Below, piece after piece: positions 38,264 through 45,783 of a DNA stretch of 64,000 nucleotides. The DNA comes from an uncultured Rhodospirillales bacterium (lineage in GTDB: Bacteria > Pseudomonadota > Alphaproteobacteria > ATCC43930 > CGMCC-115725). Below the pieces are notes generated by a model. That model made no database searches. It worked only from the letters and a program-made list of their open reading frames with translations, and was not told the origin of the DNA. How positions within the stretch are numbered: the stretch's first letter is position 1; each line of letters opens with the position of its first letter. The position numbers were made by a program, and so were the translations under genes. The DNA lies in assembly GCA_903828515.1 (NCBI GenBank), contig CAIKMD010000007.1:1208706-1272705 (forward strand), read 5' to 3'.

Positions 38264-40845
38264 GCACGGTCAGCAGCGGCGTCACCGATACGGTCACCTC
38301 GGGCACGGTCGATAGCGGCAGCACCGTCCTCAGCGGCGGAATCATCGATGTCCTGTCGGGCGGCGAGGCGCTCAGCGCAACCGTCAACAGCGGCGGTCAA
38401 ATCCTCGTCGAATCCGGCGGTACGACCAGTATCACGTCGCTGGCTGCCGGCAGTATCGAAGTCGTCAGCAGCGGCGGGTTGGCGATTTCCACCGGCGTAA
38501 CCGGCGAGATCGACGTCTATGGCACGGCGAGCGGGGCAAAGGTTTTCGCGGGCGGCGCCATCGACGTCGACTCCGGCGGTACGGCCACATCGATCACGGC
38601 GTCGGGCGGCACGATCAACGTTTCCTCCGGCACGGCCACGGGCATCACCTTGTCGAGCGGTGGTGCGCTCAACCTCACCTCCGGCACCGCGACCAACGTC
38701 ACGGTGTCGAGTGGCGGCAACCTGAACGTATTCGCCGGCGGTACTACGTCGAGCTTCATCATTTCGTCGGGTGGCACGGAGACTGTTTCCTCCGGGGGGG
38801 CGACCGCCAGCTTGACGGTGCTCAGCGGCGGCACGTTGAAAGTATTCGGCGGCGGCACGATCGACAGCAACACGATCACCGCCAGTGCCGGCGCTCAATT
38901 CGTCCTCGGTTCGGGCTTCGCCACCAGCAATGCGACCGTCACCAGCGGCATTACCTTCGTCGTGGCGTCGGGCGGCGAACTCGATAGCTCGACGGTCAGC
39001 AGCGGCGGCAAACTCATCGTTCAGTCCGGCGGCTCGGCGCTATCGGCCATGCTCACCGGCACCAGTGCCAGCAACGTGAGCGCTCTGGAAGTGGTGTCCG
39101 GCGGTACGAGCCTGGATACGGCAGTCGCCAGCGGCGGCAAGCTCATTCTGTCGTCTGGCGTGAATACCAGCGCCACGGTTCTCAGCGGCGGCGCGGTGAT
39201 CGTTTCCGGCGGCACCGACAGCGCCACGACGATCAGCGCTGGCGGTCTCGAGGTACTTTCCGGCGGCGCGGCCATCAGCACCATTGTCATGGCCAGCAGC
39301 AGCGGCGCCGGTTTCCTTGTCTCGGGCGGCACGGCTTCGGGGACGACCGTCCTGAGCGGCGGGGCGGAAACGGTGGTGAGTCACGGGATCACTTCCGGCA
39401 CCACGGTTTCCAGTGGCGGTTCCGAGAACGTGTCCTCGGGCGGTGTGGCGTCCGGCTCCACGGTTATTTCGGGCGGTCAGTCGTTCGTGTTCGCCAGCGG
39501 CACAACCGTTTCCGAAACGCTCAGCGGGAGCGTGTCGCTGAGCGGCACCGAGACGGTCCAGGCCGGCGGAACGGCCAGCGCCACGATCATCGATAGCGGT
39601 GGCAAGCTGATTATCAACACGAGCGGCTTCGCCAGCGGCTCCGTGGTGAACGGCGGCGGTGTCGAGGTGGTCAAAACCAGCGGCACCGACAGCAATGGCG
39701 CGGCAGTCAGCGGCGGACAAATCCTCGTCTCAGCCGGCGGCACGACGGTGTCAGCCACAATTGGTATTGCCGACTCCGGCGGGCTGAAGAGCACCGAAAT
39801 TCTTTCGGGCGGCACGTCGTCCAACACCACGGTGTCCGGCGGCGGCCTCGAAATCGTTTCCGCCGGCGTGGCGTCCAATACCGACGTCGTCAGCGGCGGT
39901 CAGTTGGTCGTTTCCGCCGGCGGCGTGTCGATCTCGGCCCTGCTCTCGGGCAGCGGCGCCGCGGTCAGCAGCGGCGGCTTGGCCAGTTTGAGCACAGAGG
40001 TTCTGTCTGGCGGCACGTCGTCCAACACGACGATTTCGGCCAGCGGCTTCGAGGTCGTGTCTTCGGGCAGCGTCGCGTCCAACACCACTGTCATCGGGGG
40101 CCAGTTGTTCGTCGCTTCCAGCGGCACGACCATCTCGGCCGTCATTTCCGGTGTCAGCGGCGGCTTCAGCAACGAGTCTGTGTCGAGCAGCGGCGTCGCA
40201 TCCAACACCCAGGTCATCAGCGGCGGCCAGCTCAGTGTCTCTTCCGGCGGCACGACGATCGGCACTGTACTCTCTGGTGGCGGCAGCAAGGAATATCTGT
40301 CGGGCGGCACCGCCTCGGGCACGACGGTGTCCAGCGGCGGCATGGAAGTCGTTTCCTCCGGCGGCAATACCATCAGCCTGACCGTCGATAGCGGCGGTAC
40401 GCTGGAGGTATTCAGCGGCGGCAGCCTCGATTCTAACACGGCGTCGATCAATGCCGGGGCGATCCTCATCGCGGGGTCCGGCTATAACGCGAACCAGTTT
40501 CTGATCAGCAGCGGCATCACGCTGCAAGTTGCTTCGAGCGGCAGCGCCACCAGCGCGCACGTCTTGAGCGGCGGCGTCATCGACGTCCTGTCGGCTGGCA
40601 CCGCCACAAACATGACGATCGACGCCGGCGGCACCGAGGTGGTGAGCGCATTCGGCTCGGCTTCCCATATGGGCATCAGCGGCGAACAGGACGTCTACGG
40701 CACGGCCGGCCTGCAGACGATTTCTGCCGGGGGCGTGGTCAAGGTCGAATCCTTCGGCTCCGCTGCCAGCATGACGGTGTTGAGCGGCGGCGAACTGGAC
40801 GTACTCAACGGTGGTCACGCGACGGATATCGTCGTGGCGAGCGGG
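38260..40845 (+). repeat. Coding tandem-repeat region: ~19-aa Ser/Gly/Thr/Val strand-loop-strand units (V.SGG.x.V.SGG.Asx.T)
   Basis: The SGG tripeptide recurs about every 9-10 residues, e.g. VLSGGAETVVSHGITSGTT / VSSGGSENVSSGGVASGST / VISGGQSFVFASGTTVSET. About 860 aa at a ~19-aa period implies on the order of 45 units (estimated, not aligned). Confidence 0.85.
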
Positions 40846-42573
40846 GGCACGCTTGCCAATAACGGAACATTTACGTTCGACCAGAACGTCAGCACCTTTG
40901 CCGGCACGCTCACGGGCAGCGGCTCGCTTCTGGTCCAGGGCGGCGGCACGCTGAGCCTGTCGGGTGCGAATACCTTCACCGGCGGCACGACGATCAGCGG
41001 CAGCACCGTATCGATCTCGGCCGATAACAATCTCGGTTCGTCCTCCGCGCCGGTCACGCTGGCGGATGGCGCGGCCATCGCTTTCACGTCGGGCATGGTC
41101 TTCGACCACAACATCACGGTGGCCGGCGATCCGACCTTCGACGTGATGAGCGGCCAGACGGTTTCGATCACGACGACGATCGCGGACGGGACCTCCGCCG
41201 GCGACGTGGTGCTGAGCGGCGGCGGCACGCTGGTTCTGGACGGCACGAACAGTTATTCCGGCGGCACCGTGATCGACGGCGGGACGCTGGAACTCGGCAA
41301 TGCCAGCGCGGCGGGCACCGGGTCGGTCTCGTTTGCCTCCGGTGCGGCAGCGACCTTGCGCATCGACGGCACCACGATGCCGACCAATGAGGTCGACGGC
41401 TTCGTCAGCGGCGGCAAGGTGATCGATCTCGCCAATCTCAACATCACGTCGGCGACGCTCGGTGGCGGCAATGTTCTTACCCTCGCCGAGAGTGGCGGTG
41501 GCTCGGTCACGCTGCAGCTCGATCCGTCGCACGATTACAGCGGTTCGAGTTTCACGGTCCATCCCGACGGCGCCGGCGGTACCGACCTTTCGGTCGTCTG
41601 TTATCTGCGCGGCACGCATATTCTTGCCGAAGGCGGCGAGGTTACGGTCGAGGAACTGAAGATCGGCGACCGTGTCATGACGGCGTCGGGTGTGTTGAAG
41701 CCAGTGACCTGGATCGGGTTCGGCTGCGTGATGGTCGTGCCGGGACAGCGGATGAACGCGACGCCGATCGTCGTCCGCCGCGGCGCCTTTGCGGAGAACG
41801 TGCCGCGTCGCGATCTCTACGTCACCAAGGGCCACTCGTTCTATTTCGATGGCGCGCTGATTCCGGCCGAGTATCTCATCAATGACCGCTCGATCCTGTG
41901 GGACGACGCGGCGCGGGTCGTCGACTACTTCCATGTCGAGCTTGAGGATCACGACGTCCTGCTGGCCGAGGGCGCGCCTGCGGAAAGTTACTTCGATGAC
42001 GGCAATCGCGACCTGTTTCAGAATCATAATCCGGGCTGGACCCGCGAGACAGTCGCACAAGCCCGCTACGCGCCGGTGCAAACGGGTGGCGAGATCGTCG
42101 ACCGTGTCTGGCACCGTTTCTCCGACCGGGCGGGCCTGCCCGCTGTCGAAACGACGCATGATCCCGACCTGCATCTTGTCGTCGATGGCCAATCCATCCG
42201 GCCGACGAAGATCGTCGACCGCATCTACACCTTCGCGATCGACGGCGTTCCTTCGGGAGCGATCTTGAAATCGCGGGTCTGCGTGCCGTCGGCGCTCGGC
42301 GCCGCGCGCGATCCGCGCCGGCTTGGCGTCGGCTTGGCAAAGCTCGTGCTGCGCCAGTCCGGTATCGTGACCCAGATCGGACCCGAGGCACCTTTCTTCG
42401 AACGCGGGTTCCACAAGGATGAGGGCGGCTTCCGCTGGAGCGATGGCGACGGCGATCTGCCCGCCCAGCTCTTTGCCCACATGACAGGCGCCTTCGAGAT
42501 CGAGGTCCATATCCTCCATCTCGCCGCGTACCCGATTGCCCCGATGGACATTCCCGCCCGCAACGCGGGTTAG
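38260..42573 (+). CDS. Giant repeat protein: AIDA/TibA-type strand-loop-strand repeats + PATR repeats + C-terminal Hint (bacterial intein-like) domain + unknown tail; no beta-barrel translocator
   Basis: 1437-aa ORF whose ATG overlaps the heptosyltransferase stop (ATGA). See the sub-features. High GC3 in this frame; the long antisense ORFs are Arg-rich artefacts. Confidence 0.9.
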   Translation: MSTVSSGVTDTVTSGTVDSGSTVLSGGIIDVLSGGEALSATVNSGGQILVESGGTTSITSLAAGSIEVVSSGGLAISTGVTGEIDVYGTASGAKVFAGGAIDVDSGGTATSITASGGTINVSSGTATGITLSSGGALNLTSGTATNVTVSSGGNLNVFAGGTTSSFIISSGGTETVSSGGATASLTVLSGGTLKVFGGGTIDSNTITASAGAQFVLGSGFATSNATVTSGITFVVASGGELDSSTVSSGGKLIVQSGGSALSAMLTGTSASNVSALEVVSGGTSLDTAVASGGKLILSSGVNTSATVLSGGAVIVSGGTDSATTISAGGLEVLSGGAAISTIVMASSSGAGFLVSGGTASGTTVLSGGAETVVSHGITSGTTVSSGGSENVSSGGVASGSTVISGGQSFVFASGTTVSETLSGSVSLSGTETVQAGGTASATIIDSGGKLIINTSGFASGSVVNGGGVEVVKTSGTDSNGAAVSGGQILVSAGGTTVSATIGIADSGGLKSTEILSGGTSSNTTVSGGGLEIVSAGVASNTDVVSGGQLVVSAGGVSISALLSGSGAAVSSGGLASLSTEVLSGGTSSNTTISASGFEVVSSGSVASNTTVIGGQLFVASSGTTISAVISGVSGGFSNESVSSSGVASNTQVISGGQLSVSSGGTTIGTVLSGGGSKEYLSGGTASGTTVSSGGMEVVSSGGNTISLTVDSGGTLEVFSGGSLDSNTASINAGAILIAGSGYNANQFLISSGITLQVASSGSATSAHVLSGGVIDVLSAGTATNMTIDAGGTEVVSAFGSASHMGISGEQDVYGTAGLQTISAGGVVKVESFGSAASMTVLSGGELDVLNGGHATDIVVASGGTLANNGTFTFDQNVSTFAGTLTGSGSLLVQGGGTLSLSGANTFTGGTTISGSTVSISADNNLGSSSAPVTLADGAAIAFTSGMVFDHNITVAGDPTFDVMSGQTVSITTTIADGTSAGDVVLSGGGTLVLDGTNSYSGGTVIDGGTLELGNASAAGTGSVSFASGAAATLRIDGTTMPTNEVDGFVSGGKVIDLANLNITSATLGGGNVLTLAESGGGSVTLQLDPSHDYSGSSFTVHPDGAGGTDLSVVCYLRGTHILAEGGEVTVEELKIGDRVMTASGVLKPVTWIGFGCVMVVPGQRMNATPIVVRRGAFAENVPRRDLYVTKGHSFYFDGALIPAEYLINDRSILWDDAARVVDYFHVELEDHDVLLAEGAPAESYFDDGNRDLFQNHNPGWTRETVAQARYAPVQTGGEIVDRVWHRFSDRAGLPAVETTHDPDLHLVVDGQSIRPTKIVDRIYTFAIDGVPSGAILKSRVCVPSALGAARDPRRLGVGLAKLVLRQSGIVTQIGPEAPFFERGFHKDEGGFRWSDGDGDLPAQLFAHMTGAFEIEVHILHLAAYPIAPMDIPARNAG
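40846..41370 (+). other. PATR-type (autotransporter-associated beta-strand) repeat region
   Basis: GSGSLLVQGGGTLSLSGANTFTGGTTISGSTVSI; LSGGGTLVLDGTNSYSGGTVIDGGTLELGNASAAGTG. This is the classic G-GTL-L-G-N-TY-GGT-I--GTL pattern. Confidence 0.75.
41599..42030 (+). other. Hint / bacterial intein-like (BIL, Hint_2-type) domain
   Basis: Starts at Cys1114 (CYLRGTHILAEGGEVTVEELKIGDRVMT...PVTWIG). Block-B-like TKGH (RDLYVTKGHSFYF), block-F-like VDYFHVELEDHDVLLAEGAPAESYF, and an ending ...QNHN followed by Pro. Confidence 0.8.
42031..42570 (+). other. Uncharacterised ~180-aa C-terminal region downstream of the Hint domain
   Basis: PGWTRETVAQARYAPVQTGGEIVDRVWHRF...GFHKDEGGFRWSDGDGDLPAQLF...; I recognise no family. 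Confidence 0.5.
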
Positions 42574-42654
42574 CCCGACGCCCGAAATCTCGGTTCAACC
42601 ACCGGCCGAGCCGCTTAGGCGGCCGCCTCGTTCTGGCTGATTTGCGCTCTTGGC

Positions 42655-43164
42655 ATGGCTTATCATAAGCCTGCTTACTATATTCGCGCGATGAGCGAAT
42701 TCGACTTCAACCGGAGCTTCGGTTTCGTCCTGCACGAAACCGCGCGGCATCTCAACAAGCGCTTCGACCAGCGGGCGAAACACCTTGGCCTGACCCGCGC
42801 GCAGTGCCAGTTGCTGGCCTATCTCGTCTATCACGAGGGCATCAACCAGACCGGCCTCGCCGATATCCTCGAAATCGAGCCGATCTCCCTGGCCCGGTTG
42901 ATCGACCGGATGGAGCAGGCGGGCTGGGTCGAGCGCCGTCCCGATCCGACCGACCGCCGCGCCTGGAAGCTCTACATCACCGAGAAGGCGAAGCCGCTGT
43001 TTTCCCAGATGATCGAGATCGGACGCGAGACACGCGAGGAGGCCTTGGCCGGCATCGCACCCGAGGAGCGCGACCGGATCATGGAATTGTTGCTGCAGGT
43101 CCGGCGCAATCTGTCCGACCGCAGCATTGAAGAGAAAGGTTCTATCGTGGGAGCGGCGGAATGA
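42655..43164 (+). CDS. MarR family transcriptional regulator
   Basis: FGFVLHETARHLNKRFDQRAKHLGLTRAQCQLLAYL...GINQTGLADILEIEPISLARLIDRMEQAGWVERRPDPTDRRA is a winged-helix MarR signature. An alternative start at ATG 42691 (MSEFDF) is plausible if the palindrome is an operator. Confidence 0.88.
   Translation: MAYHKPAYYIRAMSEFDFNRSFGFVLHETARHLNKRFDQRAKHLGLTRAQCQLLAYLVYHEGINQTGLADILEIEPISLARLIDRMEQAGWVERRPDPTDRRAWKLYITEKAKPLFSQMIEIGRETREEALAGIAPEERDRIMELLLQVRRNLSDRSIEEKGSIVGAAE
42657..42671. promoter_or_regulatory. Perfect 15-bp palindrome, candidate MarR operator
   Basis: GGCTTAT-C-ATAAGCC (7+1+7), just upstream of the marR-emrAB operon and overlapping the first candidate ATG at 42655. Confidence 0.4.
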
Positions 43165-44240
43165 GTGCGATCAGCGATTTGAACAGACGATCGGGCTTTG
43201 CCGGTACCTGGCTTCGCATCCTCTTGATGATCAGCGTCCCGGTCGTGCTGCTTGCGATCGGCGCTTATCTCTATCTTTCGGCTGGGCGCTTTGCCTCGAC
43301 CGACGATGCCTATGTCAAAGCCGACAAGGTTTCGATCAGCGCCGATGTTGCGGGGCGGGTGATCGCCGTCGAGGTCAAGGACAACCAGCAGGTTCGCAAG
43401 GGACAGGTGCTGTTCCGCCTCGACAATGGTTCCTACAAGATCGCTGTCGATCATGCCGATGCGCAGCTTGCCAGTGCGCGCCTGCAAATCGATGGGTTAC
43501 GCGCGACCTATAAGCAACGCGCCGGCGAGTTGAAGGCGACCGAGGACACACTCGCCTATCTGAAGAACGAGGCCGATCGTCAGGCGCAGTTGCTGGCATC
43601 GCACGTCACCTCGCAGCAGAAATATGACGAGGCGCGGCACAATTACGACAATGCGCGCCAGCAGGTTGCCGGGGCGCAGCAGCAATTGAACAACGTTCTC
43701 GCCAGCCTGGGCGGCGATCCCGACCTGCCGACTGACCAGAATCCGCTGGTGCGCCAGGCGCAGTCGCAACTCGATCAGGCCAAGCTCAATCTCTCGAACA
43801 CGATCGTGATGGCGCCTGCCAACGGCTATGTCACGATGGTGAACAAGCTGCCGGTCGGGCAATACATCAATACCGGCGCGCCGGCTTTCGAACTCGTCAC
43901 GACCGATCACGCGTGGATCGAGGCGAATTTCAAAGAAACCGATCTCACCCGCATGCGTCCCGGTCAAACCGCGACGGTGACCATCGACACCTATCCCGAC
44001 CGTAATTTCACCGCGCATGTCGAAAGCATCAGCGCGGGCACCGGTTCGGAATTCTCGGTGCTGCCACCGCAAAACGCCTCGGGTAACTGGATCAAGATCG
44101 TGCAACGGGTTCCGGTGCGTCTCGAGATCGACAATCCCGATCCCGATCATCCGTTGCGCTCGGGCATGAGCGCGAACGTCGATGTCGATACCCGCACTGT
44201 GCCGCCGTGGAATCCGAACGGCGCGCCACCCCAATCGTGA
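43161..44240 (+). CDS. emrA: HlyD-family membrane fusion protein, EmrA-like
   Basis: N-terminal TM, STDDAYVKADKVSISADVAGRVIAVEVKDNQQVRKGQVLFRLD, a long coiled coil, and C-terminal NWIKIVQRVPVRLEID (EmrA-typical). ATGA overlap with marR. Confidence 0.88.
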   Translation: MSAISDLNRRSGFAGTWLRILLMISVPVVLLAIGAYLYLSAGRFASTDDAYVKADKVSISADVAGRVIAVEVKDNQQVRKGQVLFRLDNGSYKIAVDHADAQLASARLQIDGLRATYKQRAGELKATEDTLAYLKNEADRQAQLLASHVTSQQKYDEARHNYDNARQQVAGAQQQLNNVLASLGGDPDLPTDQNPLVRQAQSQLDQAKLNLSNTIVMAPANGYVTMVNKLPVGQYINTGAPAFELVTTDHAWIEANFKETDLTRMRPGQTATVTIDTYPDRNFTAHVESISAGTGSEFSVLPPQNASGNWIKIVQRVPVRLEIDNPDPDHPLRSGMSANVDVDTRTVPPWNPNGAPPQS

Positions 44241-44250
44241 GCAGAGGGGC

Positions 44251-45783
44251 ATGACCACGCCGGGCGCCAGCACGGTTCCCTATCGCGGCATCGTCACCGC
44301 GGCGGTGATGCTGGCGACGATCATGCAGACGCTCGACAGCACGATCGCCAACGTCGCGTTGCCGCATATGCAGGGATCGTTCTCGGTCGCGCAGGACGAA
44401 GTTACCTGGGTGCTGACCTCTTATATCGTCGCCGCTGCGATCGCGACGCCGCTGACGGGTTGGCTTGCCTCGGTCTACGGCACCAAAAAGCTGTTGTTGC
44501 TTTCGATCGCCGGATTCACGGTGGCATCCGTGCTGTGCGGCCTCGCCGGCAGCATCTACCAGATGGTGATCTATCGCTTCCTGCAAGGGGTGTGCGGCGC
44601 GGCGCTGGTGCCGCTGGCGCAGACCATTCTTCTGACCATCTATCCGCGCGAGCGCCAGGGCCATGCGATGGCGATCTGGGGCGCCGGCGTGATGCTGGGG
44701 CCGATCATCGGCCCGACGCTCGGCGGCTGGCTGACCGACGAATATTCCTGGCGTTGGGTGTTCTACATCAACGTGCCGATCGGCTTTCTGGCTTTTGCCG
44801 CGCTTTGGGTGTTCGCGCGCGAGACCGATCACCGGCCGCGCGGCTTCGATATCTTCGGTTTTACGATGCTCAGTCTCGCGGTCGGCGGATTGCAGATGAT
44901 GCTCGATCGCGGCGAGCACAAGGATTGGTTCGCCTCCAATGAAATCCGCATCGAGTTCGGCATCGCCATCGCCGCGTTCTGGGTGTTCCTTGTCCATTCG
45001 GCGACGACGCGCCAGCCTTTCGTCAATCTAAAGCTGTTCGCGGACCGGAATTTCCTGGCCGGCAACATCATGATGTTCCTCGTGAGCGTGGTGATTTTCT
45101 CCTCGACCGCGCTTTTGCCGGTTCTGCTGCAAACCGTGATGAATTATCCGGTGGTGACGGCCGGTTGGTTGATGACGCCGCGCGGCGTCGGCACGGTGGC
45201 CTCGATGCTGATCGCAGGGCGTCTGACCAACAAGGTCGATGTTCGGCTGCTGATGGCGATCGGATTTATGTGCACGGCGTTTTCGTTCTGGCTGCCGAGC
45301 GGTTGGACGATCGCGATGGGATCTGGCCCGGTGATGATCGCGGGCTTTGGCCAGGGTTTCGGGATGGGGCTGATGTTCGTGCCTCTGTCGTTGGCAGCCT
45401 TCGGCACGTTGGCGCCGGCCTATCGCAACGAAGCGACGGCGCTGTTCAGCCTGGTGCGCAACGTCGGCGGCAGTATCGGTATTTCTATCGCGGAGAATTT
45501 GCTCGCCCATTCGACCCAGGCGTCGCATCAGGCGATCGGTTCGGCGGTGACGCCGTATAACCACGCGTTGCTCGATCCGCTGGTACAGCAATTCTGGAAC
45601 ATTCACACGACGGTGGGATTGGGCGCGCTCGATATCGAGGTCAATCGCCAGGCGGCGATGGCGGCCTATCTCAGTTGTTTCACGACGATGGCTGTGATCA
45701 GCCTGTGCATGTTGCCGCTCTTGCTGATGATGAAGCGAATCTATCCGGGGCAGGCGGCCGGCGCGCCGCACGCGATGGATTAG
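44251..45783 (+). CDS. emrB: DHA2 MFS multidrug efflux permease, EmrB-like (14 TM)
   Basis: MLATIMQTLDSTIANVALPHMQGS...TPLTGWLASVYGTKKLLL...FLQGVCGAALVPLAQ...EYSWRWVFYINVPIG. Start set at ATG 44251 (MTTPG) after the emrA stop. Confidence 0.9.
   Translation: MTTPGASTVPYRGIVTAAVMLATIMQTLDSTIANVALPHMQGSFSVAQDEVTWVLTSYIVAAAIATPLTGWLASVYGTKKLLLLSIAGFTVASVLCGLAGSIYQMVIYRFLQGVCGAALVPLAQTILLTIYPRERQGHAMAIWGAGVMLGPIIGPTLGGWLTDEYSWRWVFYINVPIGFLAFAALWVFARETDHRPRGFDIFGFTMLSLAVGGLQMMLDRGEHKDWFASNEIRIEFGIAIAAFWVFLVHSATTRQPFVNLKLFADRNFLAGNIMMFLVSVVIFSSTALLPVLLQTVMNYPVVTAGWLMTPRGVGTVASMLIAGRLTNKVDVRLLMAIGFMCTAFSFWLPSGWTIAMGSGPVMIAGFGQGFGMGLMFVPLSLAAFGTLAPAYRNEATALFSLVRNVGGSIGISIAENLLAHSTQASHQAIGSAVTPYNHALLDPLVQQFWNIHTTVGLGALDIEVNRQAAMAAYLSCFTTMAVISLCMLPLLLMMKRIYPGQAAGAPHAMD

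Noticed and set aside
38260-40845. Whether the highly repetitive DNA could be a CRISPR array or a non-coding satellite.
   Set aside because: The units are imperfect, ~57 nt, lack unique spacers of constant length, and maintain one open reading frame for 4.3 kb with strong codon bias. No cas genes are present.
41599-42030. Whether the Hint domain is a true mobile intein.
   Set aside because: There is no homing-endonuclease insert. The residue after the terminal His-Asn is Pro rather than a Cys/Ser/Thr nucleophile. The host is a variable repeat protein rather than a conserved housekeeping enzyme. This fits bacterial intein-like autoprocessing domains instead.
39751-42519. 922-aa minus-strand ORF, plus several 100-240-aa ORFs in other frames, across the giant repeat gene.
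   Set aside because: They are Arg/Ala/Gly-rich low-complexity translations generated by the GC-rich repetitive coding sequence. The + frame has the coherent domain architecture and translational coupling to the upstream gene.
43161-45783. Whether the HlyD-family protein and transporter downstream of the giant protein form its dedicated type I secretion system.
   Set aside because: The transporter is a 14-TM MFS (EmrB-like) protein, not an ABC exporter. The pair is preceded by its own MarR regulator and putative operator, the standard emrRAB drug-efflux layout.
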